The notes under the pieces are model-generated. The model did not search any database and had not been told where the DNA came from. It saw only the letters and a list, made by a program, of their open reading frames with translations. 64,000 nucleotides of DNA from Phoronis australis (lineage: Eukaryota; Animalia; Phoronida). The DNA is taken from assembly GCA_002633005.1 (NCBI GenBank), contig NMRA01000421.1, positions 324,171 through 388,170 on the forward strand, in the 5' to 3' direction. Shown here piece by piece: positions 11,101 to 23,140 of the stretch. Each line of letters opens with the position of its first letter. Within the stretch, counting starts at the first letter, position 1. The translations under genes were made by a program, and so were the position numbers.

Positions 11101-14100
11101 GTACGTAATGTGGTGTGAAAGGTTTTTCTGTTATACGTTTCCATGTTCTACAGCTACTACAAACCAGCTTTCTGTCAAAAAATATTATGATTTAGACATT
11201 TTACCAATTAAAATTCACTTCCTGACCAGCTGAGAGGCATTAGAGATTTATATATTTTTTAACAACAAATCAATATCTATTTTGCCTTATTGAGAGAAGT
11301 TATAACTTTGATTTTACTGAATAATTTATTTGTTTAATGTATCTATTTATTTGTCATCTGTCACGTCACTTCATCCTACGGTCCCTTTCAGCTCATTTTC
11401 GCATATCGCTGTTTTCTTTCGCATCTCTCATTCCTTCTGTATTATTATTTATTCATAATTTTTATTTTCTTTGTTTTATATAAACTAACTATTAAATTCA
11501 CAGACCCTGAGACATTGTGAATCTCTGATCTGTGACAGCACATGGTTGGGTAAAAGTGATGTGTCGGAGCAGTCTTTTTTCCAAAGTTCAGTAGTCTATA
11601 TGTGTTTATAATCTGCATGAATATAATTATATTGTATTGCAGCTACCCAGAAACATGGTATCAGGACATTACAAGTGACCAGCGGTTCTATTCATTAGCT
11701 GCAACGCATCACACAAAGATCATAGGAATGATTGTGGCTGAAGTGAAGCATAAGTCTAGGATGAACATGGAGGTATGGTCATGTACAAGTCTGTAAGCTA
11801 TAGTAAGTGTTGCTTTGGTAATGTGTCTATTACTTTGGGGCATCCTGTTGCACACAGTGGCGAAGGTTGAAAGTTTTGAATTAATTTTGCAACGCATCAT
11901 AAAAAATCAAGTCGTAGGATGAGGCAAGTTAACACTACTTTTTTCCTATGATTAGGCCAAAAATGCGTAGTTGGTTCTGGTCTCTACCCCAACTTATTTT
12001 GAGACCTGCGCTCACTGACTAAAACAACAAAAAATGCACCTGCATCAATTTTAGCCAAGGTCTCATGGTTTTTGGAAAAGGAGCACAAAGGCACGTAAGC
12101 AAGGGTAAACAAGGTTTAAAATGACATGATTTGCCAAGCCATGAATAAAAAGAATATAAACTTGTCTTATGTAGATTTTCTTTTTTGAAAAAGAGATCTA
12201 ATAAAAAACACCATGGACTTGATTTTCAAAAAATATCTGAGACCAGAACCTAGTATGCTTTTTGGTCGTATACTGTGAATGTTTTGGTTTAAAGCCTAAT
12301 GCAACGTCATCTTAGGGAAATGTTTCTTGTTTAATGTTTCGAGGTGGAACACTCTGTTTTTTGTTTTTTAATTCTATGAGTAAATGTTCCTATTTACACG
12401 TTGACAAGATTCATCTCTACTAACTTTATTTATTCCAGTTTGAACTTTGGAATTTGACTAATGTTCATCATTTGTATTTCAGGATAGTGATATTTTGGAT
12501 TCAACATTTTCCAAATGTCAAGCAGCTTATATTTTAAGTCTTGGTGTATCCAGGGACTACCGCCGAAAAGGCATAGGTGCGTCTGATTTTGTTATCATTG
12601 GTTGAGCATACTCGGAATGTTTATTTTTAACTTTGTCATGAAGTCGAGTATCGTGTTGTTTTTTATGACATTGCCTCATTTTGATTCTGCCAACAGGAGG
12701 CACAGTGTATGTTTAAAAGTAGATGGCCATTAAAAATGCAACTTATGTGTTTGATTAAGTTATTACATGAATTTGACGAACATCTCTCCATTGTTTCACA
12801 GTTTTCATTGTGATAAATTTGATACCTGTTGCAGAAAATGTGTCTCCTTTAGCCAGGCTTGCTGTACAAACCTAAAGCCTCATATAGTGCCGCCTTTGAA
12901 AAACATAATTGTTGATTCAGATTTTCATTTAAAAGTTCTTTTTTCATATATTGAATTCTTCACCTAACTTGCAGTGGATTTTGACAAAAAGAATTAATTT
13001 CATTTATCAATAGAACTATGAAGTCTGCCATTATTGGTCCACATTTACTTGGTGATGCGGCAAGAATATTATGAAAAAATAAAAAATGAAAGATTTTTAG
13101 AAGGAAATTTATTCAAGGTTTGTCTCCTTGTATTTACATATCATTAAGTCCTGTTTGGTGTGAAATGTGTAAAATCTCATTCCTTTCAAAACATGAGAGG
13201 GAGAGTGAGTGTGAGAGAGAAGTATGTTACTCTCTGAACAAATTTTCTCCTGACTTTGATTCCTAACATCTGTTCACCTTATTTCTTTTTTTAGCTTCTC
13301 TCCTACTAGACAATCTGCTATCTTACGTAACGTCTGCTGACAAAATCTCGTGCAAAGCTGTCTACCTGCATGTGCTGTGCACCAACGTAGAAGCCATTCG
13401 CTTCTATGAGAGACGTAACTTCAAGAAGCACGGCTATCTCCCATATTACTACTCCATCAAGAACAAACCAAGAGATGGCTTCTCCTATGTGCTGTATGTT
13501 AATGGCGGCCGCCCACCTTGGACTCTCCTATATCCTTTTACTATTGTCATCAATTTGTGGTCATTGTTGTGTAATTCGAGTGTAATTCTTACACGTTACA
13601 TTGATCAACAATTCCATGATCTTTGTTTGTTGATTGAGGATAATTTGACACATCATTGCTGTAAAGGCAACACTGCCAGCTGAGGTGTTTTCTGAAATGA
13701 AGATACCAGCAGCTTATTACTAAAGAGATAATGGACCGTTCACACTCGTCACTTGAGGGGAAGGGAGTTTGGAAAAGGAGATGATTTATGACAGGGGGAG
13801 GGAGGTTAGACTCGCAGTGACGTCATCGTGTGGATTATTTGAATATCTGCTTCGCAGTACATATCACTGGCGAACTGGTTCACCTAGTGGAATTGAATAT
13901 TTCCAAAAGTGGAATCCACCATTTCACACTTTCAAGATTTGATCATGTTTGACGGGGCTCACCTTATAAATGTGTACGCAAACAAATGACAGACCCACTC
14001 CATCACTGCAGGGGGGTTGACGTATTAGAGGTTGGGCGCAGGGTTACATTCTAGTGATCGGTTATGACAGAGGGGGGTAAAAAGGGGGAACATTTGGATT

Positions 14101-14507
14101 ACATAACATGTCAACGCTTCCTGAGCCAATCCACTTTTATTAAACCATATCATTGTGGCGAGCTTTTTGTAACAGGTTTGCCAACAAGTCAAAGTGTTGT
14201 TTTATATCAAAATATTGAGAAACTCACAGACTAACTGTGGAATGACATATTTACTAGGTGTAAAATTAGTGCTCTTGTTTTTATCCTCTTTTGAATGTGT
14301 TTATCACTGCTGTGTCATGCAAGATTGTTTTCACTACTTTTCTTAACAAAGCTTACTGACTACCTGAAAAATATTGGACACTCTGTCTCCGCCATCTCAC
14401 CTTGTAACTTACCTGTAGTGCTCATGAGAGCCATCGTCAGTCTGTTGTCAAGGTTACGACTGGTCGCTGTAGGAGCTGTAGATGATCCCCTCAGCCGTAT
14501 CAGCTGA
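10991..14507 (+). CDS. NAA60: N-alpha-acetyltransferase 60 (NatF), GNAT family, 239 aa
   Basis: Exons 10991-11100, 11643-11772, 12483-12576, 13295-13529, 14357-14507 join in frame (720 nt). Motifs WFPI(D)YP..WY.DIT, IGMIVAE, AYILSLGV...RRKGI, KAVYLHVL, YLPYYYSI, YVLYVNGG.PPWT.LDY match NAA60 as recalled. Confidence 0.97.
11643..11772 (+). CDS. NAA60: NAA60 coding exon 2
   Basis: YPETWYQDITS...GMIVAEVK; AG/GTATGG boundaries. Confidence 0.95.
11952..12270. mobile_element. MITE in NAA60 intron; same family as the split copy at ~2766-2925 + ~4560-4681
   Basis: TAGGCCAAAAA..GTTCTGGTCTC / GAGACCAGAAC..TTTTTGGTCGTA ends; internal similarity to the RRP7A-intron copy. Confidence 0.6.
12483..12576 (+). 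CDS. NAA60: NAA60 coding exon 3
   Basis: DSDIL...AYILSLGVSRDYRRKGI (acetyl-CoA-binding motif A). Confidence 0.95.
13295..13529 (+). CDS. NAA60: NAA60 coding exon 4
   Basis: SLLLDNL...CKAVYLHVL...GGRPPWTL; ends at an ATATCCTTT U12 donor. Confidence 0.95.
13530..14356 (+). other. U12-type (minor spliceosome) AT-AC intron of NAA60
   Basis: 5' end ATATCCTTTT; branch site TTTTCTTAAC at 14338-14347; ends ...GCTTAC. Removal restores the conserved WTLL-DYL junction. Confidence 0.93.
13730..14124. mobile_element. Degenerate MITE inside the U12 intron
   Basis: Begins TAATGGACCGTTCAC and ends TGTCAACGCTTCCTGA (eroded TIRs); G-rich interior with TGACG motifs. Confidence 0.4.
14357..14507 (+). CDS. NAA60: NAA60 last coding exon (amphipathic membrane-anchoring tail)
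   Basis: DYLKNIGHSVSAISPCNLP... resembles human DYIQHLGSALASLSPCSIP. Confidence 0.9.
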
Positions 14508-17500
14508 CTTGGCTGTGAAGGAATGTGTTACTTCCTCTGGACTCCTCATTGTACCTGTCCGGGTACATACGTGTTCTTGGTATGGTTGTGACTCATTGAA
14601 GATGCAGGTTTTATGAAGTTACAATTTTGATAAGTGTTTCGTTGACAATTGTGCAATAACAATGTTTAGTGAAGAAGTAGAATTTTCGTAATGAATGATC
14701 ATTTTTGTTGAAAATTTTGACCACCGAAAGTGTGATTTCACCATATTGTGTGCCACATAGGTTTATAACCAGTATGTTATTTAATTCTCTAACTGGAACG
14801 GCGTAGGATTTGTTTATACACACTTGCAATGAACTTTCAACCTCAGTCAACAAAGGCCTGGTCACATTGCCAAATAAACAAGGAGAGAGTCGCGCATGAA
14901 AGTTTTCAGACATACAATTGTAGTACGTAAATAAATAAATCAATGCATTAAGCGATGCTGCATGCATGGCTGTAGGTATTTTGACTAAAAGGTAGAGCTT
15001 TGGTCAGTTCTGTATTGTAATGCGTTGTCCTGACGTAGTACTGTGTTAGTCACATTGACATTTTCATGGGCAGATGAAAACTTATAAGTGTGGATGCCAG
15101 AATAGAATTGTGTGAAGTATCCACCTTTCTCGTCCCTTGCTGATTGGCCATTCTTTTGTCTGCTTTAAAGGGTCAGTTTCGTTTGTTTGGGTTTGTTCAT
15201 TGATGGGGAGGGTAAGCACGCGCCGCCATCTTGGGTTGGGTGTTCTGTTCTTCAGGTATCATTTTGGGCGATTGTTTTTGCTTGTAAACAAATGGAATCA
15301 TGACCTGTTAGAGTGGCGTTGCCACAGGTAGGGTTCTTCATCATCTGGTATTGGTACACATTTACTCAGTTAGACTGGTATTGCCTTGTACCAGCATACC
15401 CCGATCAATTGGAAGATATCTGTGGGGCAGTTTCCCTAAATTCATTGGGAATGTGTCAACTCTTGAAATATCAGATCACCGCTGATGTGGGACAATTGTA
15501 AATTATAGACAAGATCTTGTTATTGTGTGTAGGAGATACATATATACAATTGCACTGGAATTTTCTTGTGATGATGGCCATGCATGTTTGTACTTAATGC
15601 TATTAGTGGAGTTGTGCTTTTAATTTTCCATTGTAATACTCTGTACTTGGTGCTTATTTTCTAACTATTGGTGTTATAATAACCAAATTGGAGTTGTAAA
15701 TATTTGTTTGTTTTTTATTATTTTACTTCAATCATGAGCATAGGTAAATGCAATAGATAAAATTACTGCCTAGAAATGGAATTAACATTGTACCTGGGCT
15801 ACAGGTAAACATTGCACCACTGAATTATATTTATAGAAACAGTACAAAACAATAATATATACATACATGTTTTATACACACTTAGCTGTAAAAACAAACA
15901 CACAATTCGTTTTCCATAAGTTAGTGAACCCATATATATTTTAGAAACAAGTAATCTGATATTGCTCATGATAGAGTCAAATGCCAGATAAAGTGCACTA
16001 AGGCATAGAGATAAACTACTGTGGAGAAAGTTTGCTGTGGTACTGAAAAGTAATTGATTGATGTCATTTGAACCAAATATTTAAAAACATACATTTTCCA
16101 ATGCCCTGGAATTCTTTTGATTTTTGCCTTCATATCATCGACAGTCTCTATGATCAAGAACAGTATATCGTCGCCTCAGCGTCTTTACGAAAAAATCAAA
16201 ACTGTGAAAACTCCAAAAATCTGAATCCTTGTTTAGCTAATTCAAAACCAATGCAAAATGTTATTGATATTGTTGTCGAACATTACCGAAACGGATTCAA
16301 AATATTGACCCGGGGGTATTTTTGAGCAGGTTAAAATGTGATATTCCCGGCAAGATAAAGCCCCAGCACGCTTTTACGAAACATCTAAAGGACCCGTTCT
16401 GGGCCCTTTTCAGTGGCGTATCTACTGGGGGCTCAGGTTGTTTAACCTCTCCCCTTGGGACAGGATGAAAAATTAAAACAGTGTCGCCACGAAAACGGCA
16501 CCGCCCAGCGTGGGTGAACCCCAAGTAAACCACATCGAAAAATTGAGGGGCCATGGGCTCACCGTGAAAATGCAGTTGATTTGCATTGTGATTTGCTGTA
16601 ATCACGAAAGGCAACGTATTCGAGTTTTTGTGACTCATCGGCAAGTCGAGCGGATTCTGTAGTGCGCGCTCTTCCGTCGGCACTTGAGAAGTACTTTTTA
16701 TGTATCCACCTCGGAAAAAAAGCAAAGATCTATAGCTGGTTTTTAGAGCGTCAGAGCGTCTTTACTCTAGGATATGTTTTAACATGATTAGGGAAAATAC
16801 TGTGGTACCGCCACAGGTATATTCAAGTGACTCGACGTGCAACGTTTATCTCATCTGTCATGCTATTACACCCCACGAATTTGTAACTTGAACTTGACTG
16901 GTGTGTAATAAATTTGTCTTGCGCAATAAACATAAAGTGTACATGTAATGTGTTTATTTAAATAAAACGATCAACTCGTTTTCCGAAGAATTGTTTGGCC
17001 ATTGTGGCGGGCGCTGTGGTTTGGTCACGAGTCCGTCTCAACTGAGATACGCCCTAGCAAATTAGAACTGTACAAGGAATGAACCCTGGGGTACACTCAC
17101 GTTGACAAGGTGACCGCATTAGAGAACGGTGTGTACAATACCAGAAATTCTACGCGCGATGTTCAATAGGCCTCCATTTCAGCTCTGCAAAAGGAGCCCT
17201 GGTTCCGACATCTCCACTACCCGCATCACTGCCGTCTTGTATACCGGGAATTTCCACAGAAAGCCCCACCCGATGAACCGTCCATGTCCATGGACATTTA
17301 TTTGGTGTTACTACTTCGGGTTCCAAGTGTTCAGACATTGGGACATTCAATCAATGAAAAAATTTCATCTTGTGTGTCAATTTGTAGTTATAAATTCAGT
17401 TTTGAGGAGCATATATAGTTTGTTAACAATTAAAGAATACAGTCTTGGCGAACTTGGTATTTATAACTTGAAAATAATAACACAGTTTTATGCAAGAATA

Positions 17501-20139
17501 CGCTCATATTTTCACAGCGGCCCGGGCGTTTATTTCGAATGACTGAACGCCTGAAAATATAATTTTCCAAATACACGCGTATGGGCTTCAGTTACCTGCC
17601 GAAATTACCGGTAGCCTGTACATGTCACTTACTGCTTTACAAATAACTCCTGAAAATTAGAATCCTCATCTTTCTGTATTTTAGCGTTGGACACTCCCTC
17701 GGTGCATGCAGTGGTGCTGGCAAAACCGTGCCCACGATGGCGTAACGACTATTTCTGACGCTGATTTCGCTATTTCTAATGCACTAACTATTTCTCCTGA
17801 TGTTATCACCCCGACCCCCGATGCCGTAGCCATTCTGGTGTTTCTACCAAGGAGTGTAGGCCCCTACATAGAATTGTTCAATACTCCTTGTTTCTACTGT
17901 CTCCAGTGCTACAACTACCGCTGAATCTGACGTTATTAACACTTTTCCTGATGGTTTAGGCACCGTTCCGATGTGTCCGCTACTTCTGATGCTTTACCCA
18001 CTGTCTCCGATGCTGTCCTGTACTGTTCCTGATGTCACAACCACTCCAATGTATGACATTGGTGTAAATGTGCAGAGTGGAAATGCTAGAATCTACTTTA
18101 AACCCTTCACGACATGGTCATAAATGCTTGAATTCGATTCAGTACCACAAACAATTTTGGTATGATATTTTAAATATCTCTTCTTCAATTTGTGTTCTTT
18201 TAATGAAGAAATCAACGCAAAAATTGATTAATTACTTTTTGTGTGACGCGGGCGTCCTCAGTGGACCTGGTGTCCACCATTGGTTGTTCTACACTAGCCG
18301 CGAGCGGGGAGGTGGTCTCGAAAACTGTGTTCTACCGAGTACTAAGAAAAGATTCATGTACGCAGGATATGTAGTGACGATATTTCACTTTTTGCGCCCA
18401 GAAATGGCACGGGTTCGTGGCGGGTTGGACGTGAGCAGCCGTCACAGAATGGAATCAAACGGTACAAAGCGTGCATGGGTTTGGAACCTGTAAGACAGAA
18501 GTGAGTATCAATCACCAGAAATAAAATGCAGTTTAGCATCACTGTAATTAGATATGATGGTTCCTGACTGTGAAAAATTACTCGGCATTTGAATAAGAAA
18601 TGAAATCAGTGTCCGCTATTCGATCGCGACTGGGCCTCCACAGTCCTGGTAAAAACTTCGGTTAGATTTTCAGTTCGAGATACATATTACTCGGCACTAC
18701 AGTGGTTAGAAAAGTAAATCGTGATTCAATGAAAGGCTTTATTACCACTCTGAAATCAAAATTGTCCGCAGACTGAATAAACGCCAACTCGGCTTTACTC
18801 GCCGAAGACGCCGGTGCGGAAGGGTCGAGTTCGTACGTTGAACACGCAAAGTCTGCCGATAAGGCGACTGAGGTCTAAATGTTTCACTATGTATGCACAC
18901 ACCCAGCCTAAAATGATGAAAAAAGAAAGATTCACGAGATACGATCAGACCTATGAATTGTGCATTCGCCGAATTTTAGTAGTTCCTGCCTTTTTCAGAG
19001 TGTTGTCTCGTTTCCTACTTTTTCGGAGTTTTTCGGTTTCTCTGAGGCGAACCTTTTCCCCTACTTTCCCAAATAGGGGGAGCTCATTCGATCCCCCCCG
19101 CACCCTGTGTGCGCGCGTGCTATGGCCTGAGTGTGGTGTTTTAGTCACCCCCATTTCCATGCCTAACGGTTTTCATAATACTCCGGCGTCAAGCTGGCTC
19201 TCTAAGTCTGTATAACTTACAAAATCACTGCTATCCGCCATTTCACAACGTCTACCACTGGTGACATCATGTTGCGGGAAACCAAAAAATCTGATTAATT
19301 TTTCTTCAAAATTCAGTCGAAATGCCTCAATCTCACTTGTTTAGCTAGATTTTGTGTTATAAAATTATTATAAGCAGTCTAAAAAGTGCAAAAACGCATT
19401 GTAGGAACGCTTCAACTGACAGTGAGAGATTTCAGTATCTAACAAGCAAACACACAGGGAACGATTTTGCCACACATATAAAGGTGTATACTGGGGAAAG
19501 GGGTACCGCCTGACCGTGATTAAAGTCACATTCCACCACGCCATCTAGCGCCCAATTACTTCGAAAGAGTGGCTGCTGATAGGAGCCGAAGCTGTCAAGG
19601 GTAAATACCATAGACATCACATATGTATTAAGATGTGTATGGTAAATACTGGTTGTGAAAACGAAAGTACTACTCACCAACTCTGCCAATCTTATGAAAC
19701 TATTTATTGACGTTTTGTCTTCTGTTAAATTACTGATTGCCCTATGTACTGTAAGAGAAAAAACGTATATTTTGCTCGTTTCAGCGAGATTGAACCCCGA
19801 CGCTGCTTGACTGAAAGTGCGCCAATCAAGTCGTCAATGAGTAACGGCAAGATGTATTAAAATACATTTATGAGCAACCACTGGGGATCAAAAAGTGTCT
19901 ACGGCGGAGCAGTTTTCAATCTAGTGGTCACTTGACTTTTTCTCCCATTGTAGTGTTTCAGCGTTTTTTTTTTTTTTGTCCATGGAGTACAAGTTTACCT
20001 CGTGAACCGTTATAGGTACGTCTAAAATGACCAAAAATACACCTTAATACGAATGCCCCATCTCCCATCTTCTCCCGGTTACTCGTCAAAAATCTGCGAG
20101 AATACTTGTGGAAATTTTTTATAACATTCCGTTTTGATA

Positions 20140-20870
20140 AACAAATTCGTTGGTTTCTGGTTTACTTGTTTATAAATCTATGAAAATTGATAGATAGATA
20201 GATGATTTTTGACTATTAGAAGCTAATATTGTAAGAATTGATGATGTTTCAGTGAATTTAGTTGCAGGATGAAGTTGGAAAATTATAATCCGATCCCAAA
20301 TAGTAAATTACACATAGGAACTAGTACACTTAGACGATTTTTGGCTGTTTAAAATAACTTTCAAGACATTGATGAAATTCGGACAATTCCCAAAAATATA
20401 CTCACAATTCAAACGGCAATAAATGCTTTTCTTTTCGACTTAGGTATAAGATTTGTCGTTTGAACTCACAAACAGTAGATCAAAAAGGAATTAAGACATT
20501 AAATCAAGGTAAACGCATTGTTGGTGGATTCGATTGTTGGTTTCTGATTTTCATGTTTATGTATGAAAATCGACTGATTGTAGATGATTTTTTGACAATT
20601 AAGCGAATCTTTTAAGAAATGACGATGTTTCAGTGAACTTAGTTGCAAGCTGACATTGGGAAAACTCGACCTGTCATCAGATCCCCAAATGACAATATAA
20701 ACTAAACTATTTTCGTCTATCTGAAAAAAGTCTCAAGGATATTGATGAATGTCGGACAGCTCTACAAAGTGTCCCAAAATGTTATCACAATTCAAATGAC
20801 AATAAATTGCTTGTTGACTTAGGAATTAGATTACTGGTTTAAATTCACAAACCGTAGATCGAAAAAAAGT
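20140..20870. repeat. Two diverged ~385-bp tandem units related to a Tc1/mariner-type end
   Basis: The block at 20145-20530 repeats at 20530-20870; a related segment follows TACAGGGTGTCCCAAAA at 35396-35550. Confidence 0.65.
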
Positions 20871-21037
20871 TTTAAAAGTCCTCAAAAGTTTAATTTTATT
20901 TATTTAATAAATAAAATTGAACTCATTGCTTGGAAATGTTGTCTTTGCACTTCCTTGTTTTTTAGTTTCCACTAGCACTGCACAATGAATTTTTGTTCTT
21001 CAAAAATGAATTGTTTGCTTGCCTGATTCCCTCGCAT

Positions 21038-21105
21038 AGTGGCCCGTAGCCAGGGGGGGTTCGGGGGGTTCGATCGAACCCCCCNNNNNNCCCCCCCCCC
21101 TCCTA
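21038..21105 (+). mobile_element. hAT-like transposon terminus
   Basis: GGCCCGTAGCCAGGGGGGGTTCGGGGGGTTCGATCGAACCCCCC; partner end not found. Confidence 0.5.
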
Positions 21106-22615
21106 GGAAAAGATCCAGCCCTAGCCTATCCGGGATAGGATAAGATAGGATTTACTAGATGGACAAACAAAATGTTGTAACTACAAGTTCTACTAACCAC
21201 AATCATAACCAAGTTAATATTGATTTTGAATTTACTTCTGATGTAAAGCGCTTCACATAATCATCGGGTCGGATCCGGCCCGAGTGGTGACTGCGTTCAT
21301 GACGATTAGGGGAGGCTTTATATTATTCATCGGCATTGAAAGCGCTAGGTCTCTGCACCATAGGGTAACAAGGAAGTCTAGAAGTAAATGTCTAAGCCTA
21401 GCTCAAACTTTATAGCATCGAGAGAGATCCCCAAAAGTAGTGCGGTGTGAATGCCTTTAAAATCGACCAAGAAACAAAACAGCCGAAAATGGGTTTGTTA
21501 TTTGCTACTTTTCTAGCATAGTTTAGGCATTTTCAAATTTCGAATTTAAAGATTTAAAGTGATCGCCAAATATCTCGATCATCAAGTGTCCACTTTGATT
21601 GTGGATTGGTGGATTGACATGCATGCGTGTACACGTGTGTGCGTTTCCGTTCTTTTCAAATCAGTACAGGCCAACGGTATGTTCACTGACTACTCTGTCG
21701 TTTCTCAAAAACCAGACATTTAGCTACCGCGTTTTCTTGCACTGAAAAATCCCCACATGTTCACATTATTAGGTAAGTCTAGACCTAATTAAAACCTTAA
21801 TCAATGAAGGAAGTCTTCTCTTGTCAATCAATGTCAATGGTGCACAGCTTCGCAAATTTCATACGAGCAACAATTGTGATGGAAAGGATTCCCAAGATTA
21901 CATGTACATGAACGAGGGTTCACTAATCCGAAGGTTCGCTACCTTCCAAAGTTCACCACATCGAGTGTCCACAATTCCAAAACCAGAACTCCTGATTTTC
22001 TATTAATGATTCAGAACTGAAAATGAACAAGGTATTGTACTGGTGTCCATTTAGTAACCATTTAAAGGGTGTTCAAGAGTTGAATACTCTGGAAAAGTTT
22101 GATTTACATTGTTTACAAAAGAGCTCAGAATCTAACTAAATACTCATTCTCAATTAGGGACAATATATGGGGCACGGGTCCGGCGACCAACGGCGGTTTT
22201 AAATTTTATAAGACTGAATGTGAAGACTGGAAAGGACAGGGTAGCTTACTAACTACAGTTAGTTTCGAACCGGCCGTGCGAGTATTTCCGGTGGGTGAGG
22301 TTGAAGCGCAGCGGCCCTAAACTTTTCCGTCGCGCTGTGAGATGATGCAATCTTGACATGAGACTGAGGAATGTATCGTGGTTGATAATTCATCAACATT
22401 CTTACTTCATATTCTTTTATAAATGCAAACACTTTCTCATTTTTCCGTATTCATAAGACATGCAGGCAATTTCACAAGCACCTGGAATCCAAACAAAGTG
22501 ATTTATTAGCCGGGTGTATTGTTGTCGGTATAGTTGCATCTAATAACCGAAGTGTCGCTTATTTTTGCATGTAAAAGTACAGCAATTACACCTGATTCAG
22601 AAATTTTAGACATTT

Positions 22616-22680
22616 TCGGAGAAGTGAACCTTCGGAGTGGTGAACCTTTGAAGAAGTGAACCTTCGGAATAGTGAACCGG
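22616..22680. repeat. 16-bp minisatellite (CTTCGGAATAGTGAAC-like)
   Basis: Four tandem copies. Confidence 0.8.
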
Positions 22681-23021
22681 CGTAATAGTGGGATGTTCAC
22701 ATTTCCAGCGATGTAAGCAACTTTTAATAAAAATACTATCAGATGAAAAATTACGTCAAGCCATTCGCTGATTAAATATTTCCATCGGAGTGTGTGATGA
22801 GGTGTAATCACTCAGTTAAAAAATCCTGATTTGAAAGTTTGGCAGGAGGTAGGCCTCACGCCATGTGGAGAATTTCTCGCTTAAACTGGTCACCGCCCAG
22901 ATTCCTTTAGCCCCAGACAACTTTTGCGATGCCTATTCAGCTCGCCCTTTGATGTAGATTTGAGCTAATGAAGTCGAAAGGTAATAGCTAGCACTACTGT
23001 CTCAAAAATGATGGTTGTTAG

Positions 23022-23140
23022 CAGTGCTGTAGTGGGGCGTAGGCGCACGTAGGCGCAGCCAACCACCTTTTAGCATTTGAATGTAGCGCCTACTTGGCTT
23101 TGGGCGCCTACTTACCTCTAATTTTACCACTACAGCACTG
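23022..23140. mobile_element. hAT-superfamily MITE, 119 bp
   Basis: 14-bp TIR CAGTGCTGTAGTGG; perfect 8-bp TSD GTTGTTAG. Confidence 0.92.

Noticed and set aside
13530-13683. Read-through tail of ORF 13372-13683 as the real NAA60 C-terminus
   Set aside because: It runs into the U12 intron; the conserved tail is in exon 14357-14507.
19790-19830. tRNA/SINE-like GGGGTTCAATCTC motif (minus strand)
   Set aside because: Too short and degenerate to support a call.
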